This document shows positions 12,384 to 23,903 of a stretch of DNA of 44,017 nt, in pieces. Both the position numbers and the translations under genes were made by a program. The stretch's first letter is position 1. Each line of letters begins with the position of its first letter. The DNA is from Octopus bimaculoides. Lineage: Eukaryota. The DNA lies in the NCBI RefSeq assembly GCF_001194135.2, contig NC_068992.1:56778001-56822017 (forward strand), in the 5' to 3' direction. The notes under the pieces were generated by a model. That model was not told the DNA's origin and did not search any database. It was given only the letters and a program-made list of their open reading frames with translations.

Positions 12384-12385
<2 letters not shown>

Positions 12386-12466
<81 letters not shown>
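12386..12466. repeat. (AAT)n microsatellite
   Basis: Long pure AAT run; source of the poly-I and poly-L ORFs. Confidence 0.95.
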
Positions 12467-12910
12467 CTTTTCTGATCTAGGCACAAGGGCCAAAACTTTT
12501 GGGGCGAGGTCAATCTATTTGATCGACCCCTCCAGTACGCAACTAGTACTTAATTAATCGACCGCGAAAGGATGAAAGCAAGGCCTGGAATTTTCTTTTT
12601 CCGGACTGGGCGTAGTCTTTTGTAGCAACCCAAGTACTTGACTGTTACTCGACTCCTGCAGAATTTCAAATCAGAACACAAATACGGACGGAATGACACT
12701 TACCATTTTCTCCGGCATTCAAAAGATTCTGATAGCTTGCCACCTTAATAATAATAATAATGGTTTCGTATTTTGGCACAAGACCACCGATTTGACGGGG
12801 AGGGCATAAGCCGATTAAATTGACCCTAGTATCCAATTGCTACTTATTTTAACGATCCGGAAAGACGGATGAAATGCCGTAAAACTCTGTTCCTGGCGGA
12901 CTAATATTTC
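12467..12910 (-). mobile_element. Cluster of truncated SINE family A fragments
   Basis: Repeated GGCACAAG.CC...GATCGACCC, GAATTTCAAATCAGAAC and GACGGATGAAATGCC segments. Confidence 0.65.
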
Positions 12911-13811
12911 TGCCATATGATAATATTACTTTCTGATAGCAGATGTTGTGTTAGTTCCATCGGTACTGAAATTTGACTAAGAGTATCGATCTGCTATAAA
13001 AAAAAAACCCACACTATTTAACACGTTTTACCATATATTTCGACGATCTCAGTGAAGAAAACAAAACAAGGTCTTGAATAACTCGTATCTATATCTTACA
13101 CTCATAAAGTCTCGAATTTCATGATTATCTTTTAAGAGAAATTCATTACTAAACTTTGAGAATATATATTCCCTATATCTGATGAACTGTATGAGAAAAG
13201 AAAGCAATAAAACACAACACAATGAAAAAGCAAATAAACTCACATGTGAACACCTGATAACAGTCATCGTATAGTGAGATAACTGACACTGAATATAAAG
13301 AGTTGACTCATCAGGTTCCATCCGCTGTTTTCGCTATAAGAATATTAGAAACGATTCTATTGTCAACGCACGTAAGAGATGATTATATATTAACACTTGG
13401 CAAACGATCTTATTGACTAATTGATGAGAAGAGTAGATTTCACCACTTAATCTCGCACGGCAAACGGGATGAAGTAATCCCAGCTTTCAAAGTTCGTTTA
13501 TTGCATTATACTGTCAGGTCTTCATTTCGCAATCACTTCTCATTCGTTATACCTAATTATCAGTCAAATGATTTCATGACGTCAATGTTTGCTGTTTGTG
13601 TCTAGGGGATATCCAAAATAAATGGCCTCCCATAAGATGGGAAAGTATCGTTCTCTTCGTCTGCGTCGGCAGGTCTTGAATGAATTTTTAAAAAACTTAC
13701 ATTATGTAAAACTCTATTGCTTATCATTTCTCTCCTTTCAAATTTTTCCTGAAGAACACTATCCGAAACGTTCAAACTTTTAGTCCCATGACAAGTCCAC
13801 AGCACAGCACA

Positions 13812-13853
<42 letters not shown>

Positions 13854-14297
13854 ATATATATATGGCCTCAGTCTGTTGTCTATGGAACATAAACAGAATG
13901 TTGTTTATGGAATGGTCCCGTCTCCCTTTTGCACGTGAACGATAAATGAAAAAGCGACTAACTTGAAGAGACATTGCAGGAATAATATGAAGAACCCGAA
14001 CAAATGCTGGAAGGTATTTACCCTGTCCGCTAACACGCCCATCAGTCCACGGTTAAGGCTGAATTTCCTGGATCCCAAAAGAATGAAAGGAAAAATTGAT
14101 CTAAGTGCGATTTGAACACGCAGTGCAAAATCAAAACACATGCTACATGCATTGTAAACAATACTACGATGAAGCTGCTATTTGGCTTCCTTTTGGAACT
14201 ACTATGATTTCAGGTATTTGCCTGGAACCCGATTGCTTCAACCACAAACTGAACGTAATTCCATAGACATAACATGCATTATCAAATACGTTATTTA

Positions 14298-14495
14298 AGC
14301 GGCGGCTGGCAGAATCACTAGCATCCTGGCCAAAAGGCTTAGCGGAATTTCTTCAAGTTTCTGAGTTCACATTGTACAAAGGTCGACTTTAACTTTCATC
14401 ATTTTGGACTCGAAAAAATAATTACCACTTGATCACTGGGATCGCAATATAATCGATTAGTTCCTTCCACAAAATTTCAAACTTTGTACCTACAA
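14298..14495 (+). mobile_element. SINE family A
   Basis: GCGGCGGCTGGCAGAATCACTAGCA...TTCTGAGTTCA...GGTCGACTTT..CTTTCATC. Confidence 0.75.
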
Positions 14496-14592
14496 AACGG
14501 CAGAGATGGCTCTGTGATTCAGATAATCCCTTAACAACTTGGGCAAATGTCTTGTACTATAGCTCTGGGTCTCTCATTTCCTTTTTGAGGGA

Positions 14593-14719
14593 ATTTGGAA
14601 GACGCAAAACGATATAGACACAAAACGATTTGGAAGACGCAAAACGATATTAGCACAACACGATTTGGAAGACGCAAAACGATATATTTCACAACACGAT
14701 TTGGAAGACGCAAAACGAT
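14593..14719. repeat. 35-36-bp minisatellite, 4 units
   Basis: ATTTGGAAGACGCAAAACGAT recurs at 14593, 14628, 14663 and 14699. Confidence 0.95.
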
Positions 14720-14769
14720 GTGTGATTCACAAACACACACACAAACGCACCCATTCTCTTACTGGTTTC

Positions 14770-14965
14770 AGTCATTTTACTGCAACCCTGCTGCAGCACT
14801 GCCTTAAAGGGTTTTACTCGAAGAAATCGATATAGGACGTAATGTTTGTAAGCCTATTGCTTATTCTACCGTTCTGTTTTGCCGAACCGTTAAGTTCTGG
14901 GGACATAAACACAGCAGCATCGGTTGCCAAGCGACGGCGGTATGGAGAAAATACAGAGACACACA
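14770..14965 (-). mobile_element. SINE family B, 3' half
   Basis: TTTGCCGAACCGTTAAGTT..GGGGACATAAACACAGCAGCATCGGTTGCCAAGCG. Confidence 0.8.
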
Positions 14966-14968
14966 TAA

Positions 14969-15031
<63 letters not shown>

Positions 15032-15232
15032 NNNNNNNNNNNNNNNNNNNNNNNNNNNNNNNNNNNNNNNNNNNNNNNNNNNNNNNNNNNNNNNNNNNNN
15101 NNNNNNNNNNNNNNNNNNNNNNNNNNNNNNNNNNNNNNNNNNNNNNNNNNNNNNNNNNNNNNNNNNNNNNNNNNNNNNNNNNNNNNNNNNNNNNNNNNNN
15201 NNNNNNNNNNNNNNNNNNNNNNNNNNNNNNNN

Positions 15233-15297
<65 letters not shown>

Positions 15298-15524
15298 ATG
15301 GTGTCAAGAAGACCAAAAGGTGTCAGGTAATGCTGAGTAAGTGCTATGTACAGACTATAGTTAAGCTCCAGGTTCGGTGATTATGCGAATGAGGAGTATA
15401 TCAGCATGCACATATATAAAAAAATTAAATCTTTCACAACCTCGGGTTTTTATCTGATTCTGTTAACTTATATATATATATGTAGGTTTTTGTGTATACT
15501 AGTGTGGGTGCGCATGCCATTTCG

Positions 15525-15712
15525 TTTGCTCATCAAACCGTGTGAGTTATTCTTTCTGTTTACGTCACCATGAGGTACCGGTTTGGTAAACGGCACCTAT
15601 AGAATAAACATCTATAATAAGTACTGTAGTCGAGTTGTTGAACTAATTTATCAAGTCGGTGCTCTTTCATGGCTGTAGTCGAATGTCTGAAACAAGTAAA
15701 AGTGTAAAAAAG
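15525..15712 (+). mobile_element. SINE family B, degenerate 3' half
   Basis: CGGTTTGGTAAA...ATAGAATAA...GGTGCTCT..CATGGCTGTAGTC...CTGAAACAAGTAAAAG. Confidence 0.65.
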
Positions 15713-16339
15713 ACTATTGACAATACCATTAGAATTATCTTCATTGGAGCTCCATTTCTACACTCTATAATTTACGTAAATAATTAAACATCCGGTCGTA
15801 GAAATTCTACTTCAATTATTTAAATTCAGTAAGATGGCATCGATACACACCCACGTTTGATTTAATATTCTTTAACAGCGATGCGTTGATACGTAATCCC
15901 CTTTAAATATTATAATATCTAAAATACATCTGTATTGTGTGTATGGTTTTTTAAATTTGTAATGTGATTCATAAGAACGTGGCTATTAGCGCAAATTATA
16001 CTTAAGTTTTCCTCTGAAATTAATATTTATATCTAAATTAGATTAATGGTTGTATATTGTCAATTCATCGGCAGCTGTATTCGTTTAAAGGTGTATAGAG
16101 TACCGTCGCATTACTACAAAGCTCCTACTATTAGGACCCTGTTTCATAGAACTAATATATTTTTGTACAATAAATATTTATAAGGCTGGGAAATGTGTAG
16201 ACTCCGACAAGTTTTCTCTAGTGATGAATACTCTAATAATTTACCAAGCAGTTACATGAAATATAAAACGGATATCTGCATTATAAACGCAGAGTAAAAT
16301 TCATGTATTTTGGTATAATATCATGTATATATCAACATC

Positions 16340-16630
16340 TGAGTTACGTCCATTCATCCATATACGCCGTTCCCTATTCCTGGCATGGTCATGGTACTAG
16401 AGTTCTCTGATACCACTTCTAGGGTAACTCATCAGAATCAACTATCATTACATTTTCTGGTTGGATGATGAGCGTGACCCATTAAGTCTATGGATATTAC
16501 CCAGCCATTTTGCATGTGATCTAACATTAGACCTCTTGGCAGTTGACCCAGCTTGGGGGATCCATTTTGCGATAATTTCCTCCGGTATTCTAAACGCATA
16601 TATGTAGTACCGGAGTTGTAAAAGTTTGAT
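16340..16630 (-). mobile_element. RTE-type LINE 3' end (ORF C-terminal relic)
   Basis: Stop-free minus frame 16630-16448 reads IKLLQLRYYIYAFRIPEEIIAKWIPQAGSTAKRSNVRSHAKWLGNIHRL, resembling RTE QLRWxGH..RM.EER..K...WxPQ.GxR.RGRP..RWLDNI. It is followed by ARNRERR (AQDRExWR-like). Confidence 0.55.
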
Positions 16631-18374
16631 CTGTAAGACTCTCTGGTCTCAAAACTACGCAACTCAATACAGTAATTTTACTATAGTGATGCTTTGGGGA
16701 AATCCTATTTCGGCAGCTTTTATTCGTGATCGTGCTCTTACGGACATAATCAGACATTCATAGTTGAGTACATTATCGAACTATTTCATGCTTGACGGAG
16801 ACTATTTCACAGCAAGCAAGTTAATGGCTGTGATACACTGTACAAGATAAATAAGATGGAAACGTGCAAAGCCCTCATTCATCCTTCCACAAACCAGATT
16901 AATTTTCTATTTTACTGCATGTTTATTTGTAATTTTAATTTAGAGAGATTTCATTGAAGTTAACCAAATACGAGATCTGAGGTTTGAGGTTATTGCTTCT
17001 AATGTAAGCATTGATCGGTTTCTTTAGCATTCTTCAATTTATGCTACGTTTTGATTAATCAAACTGTCTTTGCAAGCTGCATTAAGTGTGTTAGTGCTTA
17101 CATTACTAACTCGTTTCGCTGACGACTTTTTGTATTTAGTAATTGCTAACAGACCATCATTAGTTTAAACGGAGTTTAATGTTACATTTTATTCTGTTCG
17201 GATACTGTCTCCATTTACACAAGGTTAATCACGTCCATTCTCTGAGTTGTCAAGTATTCATGTTGTATTAATTAATCAAGGTTTTGAATCCACAACACCA
17301 CTGACGTAGTTGATTAGCATGTCAACACCCGTCCAATTAGAAACAGATATATTGACTTTACACTGAACGTGACACAATACTGACTATCATCAATAATATA
17401 ATTCCTAACTATTTGATATAAATCAATTAAAATACTAAGGAGATTGACACAAAACAAAGGACCCTGAGGGGGAAAAAGGAAAATTTTTAATTACCAGGGG
17501 CATTAAAACACAATAATTTTTTTTGGAATTGCGGATCTCGAAACTCATAAAGCTATAAATAATATCCTGCGAATATTGGATTGTAAACGTTTTTTGGATA
17601 AGAAATGTGGGTTCGTGTCCCACGAGAATTCTTCGACGTTTTCTATCTGAAAGCGTTTTTCAGCTCGATATTTACCATTCCGAAAAGAATTTTTCACGTT
17701 CTCTCAAAATACCTAGATATGGATTACCCCGCCTCTTTCTCCCTGATTTTAGAACTAAAATATTCAAGAAATTCTTGTCTCTTACACACACACACACGCA
17801 CACACACACACACACACATAATATAAAATAATATATCTATATATAATATAATGTAATACATGTAATATATATAAATATTTGTACTATGTAGGTATATGCA
17901 TATGGATATNNNNNNNNNNNNNNNNNNNNNNNNNNNNNNNNNNNNNNNNNNNNNNNNNNNNNNNNNNNNNNNNNNNNNNNNNNNNNNNNNNNNNNNNNNN
18001 NNNNNNNNNNNNNNNNNNNNNNNNNNNNNNNNNNNNNNNNNNNNNNNNNNNNNNNNNNNNNNNNNNNNNNNNNNNNNNNNNNNNNNNNNNNNNNNNNNNN
18101 NNNNNNNNNNNNNNNNNNNNNNNNNNNNNNNNNNNNNNNNNNNNNNNNNNNNNNNNNNNNNNNNNNNNNNNNNNNNNNNNNNNNNNNNNNNNNNNNNNNN
18201 NNNNNNNNNNNNNNNNNNNNNNNNNNNNNNNNNNNNNNNNNNNNNNNNNNNNNNNNNNNNNNNNNNNNNNNNNNNNNNNNNNNNATATATATATATATAT
18301 ATATATATACATACATATATACACAGTGAAAAATCGAAACAGAAAGAAGCAGTGAAAGGGAAAGTAGCTGCATT

Positions 18375-18490
18375 ACTTATCTGGAACGTTATCTATGGGC
18401 CTTGAAGGAATAAAAAGTAAAGTTGATCTCGTTAGGATCTGAACTCAAAACGCAGAGAACCATAAATTATATTTGCTCGCCATCGAAGAA
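18375..18490 (-). mobile_element. SINE family A fragment
   Basis: GAAGGAATAAAA..AAAGTTGATCTCG..GGAT.TGAACTCA.AACG. Confidence 0.55.
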
Positions 18491-19733
18491 TAATCTGACG
18501 ATTTTGAATATTTTGCCGTTTTTATGCAATGCATGAATTCGATTAAACGCATTTAAAGCTAAAGTGGCTAACACATTAATGAAGTAAAAATATTACTGCC
18601 ATAGAGGTGCAGATAGCTATACATAGCAATAGAACAATATAATAAATATAGTCGTTATTCGTTAAAGGATGGAAGATACAACGCTAGATAATATGAATTG
18701 TTTCCTGATTGTTAATTTCGTTGCCGACATTTTAGTTTCGAGGTGAATAAACATGAAATGATAGCTTTGACAGTTATAATTCAGTAAGAAGATCAATTTA
18801 AGAAACTATATTAATAATAGTTAATAGGTCTCACCTAGCATCATAGATATCTGTTTCTAACACGTCAAAAATATCTTTGATCGATAAATCTATTAGGATT
18901 CAAACTTATCTTTTTGATGTTTTTCTTTTCCTTTTTTGTTATAGTTCTCCTATGTGGTGGCTTTTTATTTCCATTTCAGCGAATGATATTTAAATATATA
19001 TTAGTACTCATATAAAGAAAAAAAATAAAGATCCATCCTTCGCAAAACAGATGATAACAACAGAAAAATAAAAGTAATAAAAAGTTAATTAGTGTAGTGT
19101 AAAATTCACATCAGTAAGCATTAGTAGAAATAAAGGAAGTAGATATATTTTCTCATCACAGTTTGAAGCTATTCTTCATTTTATGCTTATATAATTTTCG
19201 TGATAATGCAGAACGAGATTTCACGCCTGATCACGCTCTAATTTGGAAACTGAGAAATGTGCAATGGGGTGTGTTCAAAGAGTGGAGATTTATTGATAAA
19301 AACACAGATTTGTTTTTGACATTGTTGTTGATTTTTTTATAAACTTATTTAGATAATAATATTGAGTTATCACAAAAAGGTACTTGTGGAAATTGTATTA
19401 TTACTATTATTTTTATCGCGAACAGAATTATCAGCGTACGTACGAATATCTGTGAGTGTATGTGTCCAAGTATTTACGAATACGTATGTGTGCGTGGCCG
19501 CATTTGTGTCACCATAGATGTATCTCTATCCCTACATTATTTCAGACTCGTTTTCTTTCACACACGCATATATGATATTACGTTCTATGAATAAAATACG
19601 TATGGTATGAAGTAGAAATGCTCGATATAATCTGTTATAATCAAGACATTTATACTACTTGTATATTTCCTACGACATGAATTATTTATTTTTACCTAAG
19701 ACGAGGGAGTAAATATTTCAATGAAATGCAATA

Positions 19734-19772
<39 letters not shown>

Positions 19773-20269
19773 NNNNNNNNNNNNNNNNNNNNNNNNNNNN
19801 NNNNNNNNNNNNNNNNNNNNNNNNNNNNNNNNNNNNNNNNNNNNNNNNNNNNNNNNNNNNNNNNNNNNNNNNNNNNNNNNNNNNNNNNNNNNNNNNNNNN
19901 NNNNNNNNNNNNNNNNNNNNNNNNNNNNNNNNNNNNNNNNNNNNNNNNNNNNNNNNNNNNNNNNNNNNNNNNNNNTTTAATTATTAATTTTTCTATATGT
20001 GATAGTGGATTTTCATCGATGAGTTCTTGAAAATTGGTTATTTTCCCTAAAACTATATATTTTATATATACTTTATCTATAAGGCTCAATTTAATTTTAA
20101 TTTTTTATAAATTGATTTTAATTGAGTTTTTTACCTGTAATTTTGGATTTTGTCCCTAATATTATTATAATTATATATATATATATATATGTATGTGCGT
20201 GTGTGTGTGTGTGTGTATGTGTGTGTGTGTGTGTGTGTATGGTTGACATGTATAGCAAACAAAGGCAGG

Positions 20270-20740
20270 TGAGAAAACAGAATGCAGATTTATTAGTTTG
20301 ACGTTTCGCGATCGGGAGAAATGAAAAGATCGTCCAGTGTTAATACATTTCAGAATATAAACCATCGGATGGAATTTGTTGTATTTTATATCTGCTGAGG
20401 TCAGTAGCGGTCGACTACTGAGTTAGGAAGACTATGTATATAGAGGGAGAAACAAGAGAGGTAGACTGGGAGAGATAGGGAGAAAAAGAGATATAATAAT
20501 GGGGGGAAGAGGGGATAGAAAAAGGAAGGAGGATATGTGAGAGAAGAGGGAAGAAAGGTGACTGGGTATGTTGTGTACTTGGTAGAGAAAGCCTGAGAGA
20601 TAATGGATAGAGAATTGGAAAAAGTGAAGAAGAATTTGGGAGAAGATAGCGAAGAAATGAATTATATGTTAGCATGTGTTGAAGGAAGTTAGTAGTGATT
20701 AGGGTCTGGGTTAGAAGATTCTAGTAGTTACAAGGCACCA
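20270..20740 (-). mobile_element. Probable Penelope-like element (PLE) 3' terminus relic
   Basis: The minus strand has a long pyrimidine-rich tract (20415-20680), then CTGGACGATC...GATCGCGAAACGTC and AATAAA, a hammerhead-like terminal motif typical of PLE ends. Confidence 0.4.
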
Positions 20741-20769
20741 TAGGCCAAAATAACAATACTCATAATATT

Positions 20770-20975
20770 TTCTACTTTAGGGAAAAGGCACGAACATTTG
20801 AGGGACAAGACTACATCCACCCAAAGGCTCAACTGATATTTATTTTATAAACTCTGAAAAGATGATGGGCAATGCTGACCTCGATGAAATTTGAACTCAG
20901 AACGTGAAGACGGAGGAAACGCCGCGATGATTTTTATCCTGCGGGTTAAAGGTTTTGTTAGTAAATCGTCTTTCG
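20770..20975 (-). mobile_element. SINE family A, degenerate
   Basis: GACCTCGATGAAATTTGAACTCAGAACGTGAAGACGGA.GAAA. Confidence 0.7.
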
Positions 20976-20989
20976 ACACCTTACTGTTA

Positions 20990-21160
20990 ATAACATGGAT
21001 AAGGTAATAAGATTGGTGATAACAACAACATCAATAACATCATCAACAACAAGAATAATAATGATAAGACAATCATAATGATGATGATGATTATGTTAAT
21101 GGTAAAGACAAGTAGAAGTAGAGGAAAAAGGAGAGGAAGAGAAGAAGGCAAAAACGGAAG
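20990..21160. repeat. Low-complexity AAC/GAT/GAG tract
   Basis: Degenerate trinucleotide and purine-rich runs. Confidence 0.7.
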
Positions 21161-21712
21161 GCTTTTATTGGGAAGGTAATTAAATACTGACAAAAACATA
21201 TTTGGTTTGTCTTCATTATTATAACTTATCTGCCTGCCGATCAAGCTAGGTATCTAATTATCGAGCTATATATATTGCTGACTCTCAGGAGGCTCATTAT
21301 ACAAATACTAAACGCACGCACTGGTTCTGTTACTATTCTTTCTTTTTATTATTTGACTAATAAAAATAACGGAGTGAAACAGATCAATTGCGTGTATTTA
21401 TTATTGGTATAATGAAACTTTTGAGACATAACGCAATATGCGTCAACGAGATTATACCAAGTATCTTGCAAACAGAATGCAAAACTTTTACACACGCACA
21501 CACATACATACGCACACACACACATACATACGCACACACGCACACACATATGTAAAATACTTCTAAGAATTTACTTTCAAAAGGAATTTCCTATTTCAGG
21601 GTACATTGAAACCTTTCAATAATCCTAATAGATATATATATATATTACGTATATATGCATCTACTCATTTATTATTTATATATATACAATTTATTTAAAA
21701 GCAGCAGAAATA

Positions 21713-21768
21713 TAACAAAAGCTGTTACTCAGAGTTTCACGTTCCCGTTCGTCGGACATCTTTTGTTA
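21713..21768 (-). ncRNA. Minimal type I hammerhead ribozyme-like motif (U4C variant)
   Basis: Minus strand reads TAACAAAAG-A-TGT [CCGACGA] ACG-GGAA-CGT [GAA] ACT-CTG-AGT [A] ACA-G-CTTTTGTTA: stem I 3+9 bp, stem II 3 bp with GGAA loop, short stem III, GUA cleavage triplet. Confidence 0.75.
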
Positions 21769-22246
21769 AAATAGAACAGAAATAACGATATAATCAAAAC
21801 TAGTTAAAGGATACAACTTTAAAAATGGATTTGTTTCATTGGTCCTTTCAATTAACGGTGTTAAACATGCAATGAACAAAATAAATGAATTCAATATAAA
21901 TTCATCCTATTATAAAATCGAAAGAAACCTTAAATCGAAGAGTGGATTCGTGTTGGGTATCAGTCAGCAACTCATTGTCTCAAGGAAGGTGAGTAGTTTT
22001 CTTCTGGTTATTCGTTGCAGATGTCGAGGTCAGAGAGACAAGTCTGTAGTTTTTGGCCTCTGCTACCACCTTTAAGGATGGAACATATTTTCATTTCCTT
22101 CAGTCTCACTTGACTGTGTGTTACTTTCTGGTCTTTTTTTTACACCATAAATTAAAAAGGGAAATGGTATCAGAATTGTGAGAAATTATTAACATTGGAA
22201 AACGAGAGCAAATACGTTTTAAAATTTTTTTACATTATTTCTTCTC

Positions 22247-22560
22247 ATTACCTCCGCCTTACCGAAGGCGAAGGTATAGTTTCAATCGTGTTTGTTCCTT
22301 ATTTTGTTTGTTTATCTGTGGACAAGATATCCCAAGAACTGTTGATGGATTCGGATGAAACTTTCAGACATGTTTGGCCTCGTGACTAGCACGAACCGAT
22401 TAGTTTTTGCGATCGATCCGGTACAGGACAAGGATTCTGGATTATTTTTCCGTTTTTTATTTACTTAATTTTTGAGAGCTGTCGGGTTCATTTTTTAGTA
22501 TTATCGTTTGTGAGTGCAGTGGAGTTTATTTCAGACATTCTCATTTTAAAAATCATCTCT
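22247..22560 (+). mobile_element. Probable Helentron-associated non-autonomous element (HINE/DINE-1-like)
   Basis: Begins ATTACCTCCGCCTTACCGAAGGCGAAGGTAT (terminal hairpin ACCT/CGCCTT...AAGGCG/AGGT), followed by a GTTTGTTTATCTGT microsatellite-like block and GATGGATT..GATGAAACTTT. The 3' end is approximate. Confidence 0.45.
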
Positions 22561-22599
22561 GGCTAATCGATGAGATGTGTGTGTGTGTGTGTATAGGGT

Positions 22600-22790
22600 G
22601 GGAGTGGGATTCTTTCAGTCCTTTTTTCCCTAATACTGCCCGACACACGGTGTTGGACTGTTTACGTTTCCATGACTTAGCGGTTCGGAAAAGAAACCGG
22701 TAGAATAATTACCTGGTCTTAAAATATAAGTAATACGGTCGATTAATTCGATTAAAATTCCTTCAAATTGGTGCTGCATCATGGCCGTCT
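22600..22790 (+). mobile_element. SINE family B, 3' half
   Basis: TGTTTACGTTTCCATGACTTAGCGGTTCGGAAAAGAAACCGGTAGAATAA...GGTGCTGCATCATGGCCG. Confidence 0.75.
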
Positions 22791-23735
22791 TCAACGGTAG
22801 ATTCTACCATCAGTATAAATCAATGGTGTAATACAAAGTTTTATAGTTTGTGATATCAGGTTTCATCTAAAGTCCTTCAATACTTCGACAAAATGATAAG
22901 AAATAAGATATTAGATTTTCTCTTAAAGTACACGTAAATATCAATCTTTTAGACTTGTATCGAGAATCGACAACGGCAGAGGAAGAAAGTGTTCAATATC
23001 CGGAGCTTGATAAATGTTTGTTAAGCAGTATATGAAATAGCTTCCGGTTACATCTTATATAATATTCTCTATGTTTCATTTGTATTTGCACAATTTAAGA
23101 TATAAACGCTCACCAATATTCCAATTTCTATATATTTGCTGTCATTTCAATCTCCTCGGAGTTGTGTACGTATTGTGTGTTCCCGCTTTGTTAATTGTGT
23201 CAGTGTCTCCTAAATGACTGCTCCCAGATAAATCAGGCAATTAATCAGCGACAATGGTTCTGCCAATCAAAACTTGGCGCCTGACCTGCAGTATCTGAAA
23301 AGTAATATAGGAAAGTGTAGTAAGGGTAACAATGTGATTCCAGTCTATTTTCTTTATTATTAATGAAGCAATTGGACCCAGAGCAGTTTTAATAGCAAAC
23401 CGATGATATTGAATTCTGAATTCTTTCTGGCATATGCCTGCAAAAAACGTTTAGAACTTTATCAAATACTCAATTGCCAATGGCTGTTGCCAGCGAAATT
23501 TGAAAATCGGTTGCAAAATGGACGTAAAAAGGATGATTAAAACGATCCAAATTGTCCTTAGAAATACTGAAGAATATACACGTCAACTCAATGGCAGGTA
23601 AATGATTGGTTTTGTCAAGAAGAAAAGAATAAACATATAAAACAAAATGATATTGTAGCCATGATAGCTTTTTAAAGTACAGATGCAATGTTAATATGTG
23701 TTTCTTCTTATTAACATTGTCATGAGGCAAGCGGG

Positions 23736-23903
23736 GGTGGTGAGCTGGCAGAATCGTTAGCACGCCGGGCAAAATGCTTTGTGGATTTTTTTTCATCTTT
23801 TCTTTCTGAGTTCAAATTTCGCCGAGATCGACTTTGCTTTGTCGATAAATTAAGTACCAGTGAAACACTGGGGTCAATGTAATGAAGTAGCCCCTCCCCG
23901 CAA
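23736..23903 (+). mobile_element. SINE family A (well-preserved head)
   Basis: GGTGGTGAGCTGGCAGAATCGTTAGCACGCCGGGC (A-box-like), GAGTTCAAATTTC (B-box), GTCGATAAATTAAGTACCAGT. Confidence 0.9.

Noticed and set aside
13749-13775. CTGAAGA...CCGAAACGTT hammerhead-like string (similar at ~42109-42128)
   Set aside because: Stems I and II do not pair.
14593-14719. CRISPR array
   Set aside because: Linkers are 11-12 nt and mutually similar, there are no cas genes, and the context is eukaryotic.
16693-16750. VMLWEILFR, resembling kinase subdomain IX
   Set aside because: The frame stops after ~20 codons with no donor site or other kinase motifs nearby.
21988-22020. AAG|GTGAGT donor followed by a TTGCAG acceptor
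   Set aside because: The implied intron of ~32 nt is too short and the flanking frames are uninformative.
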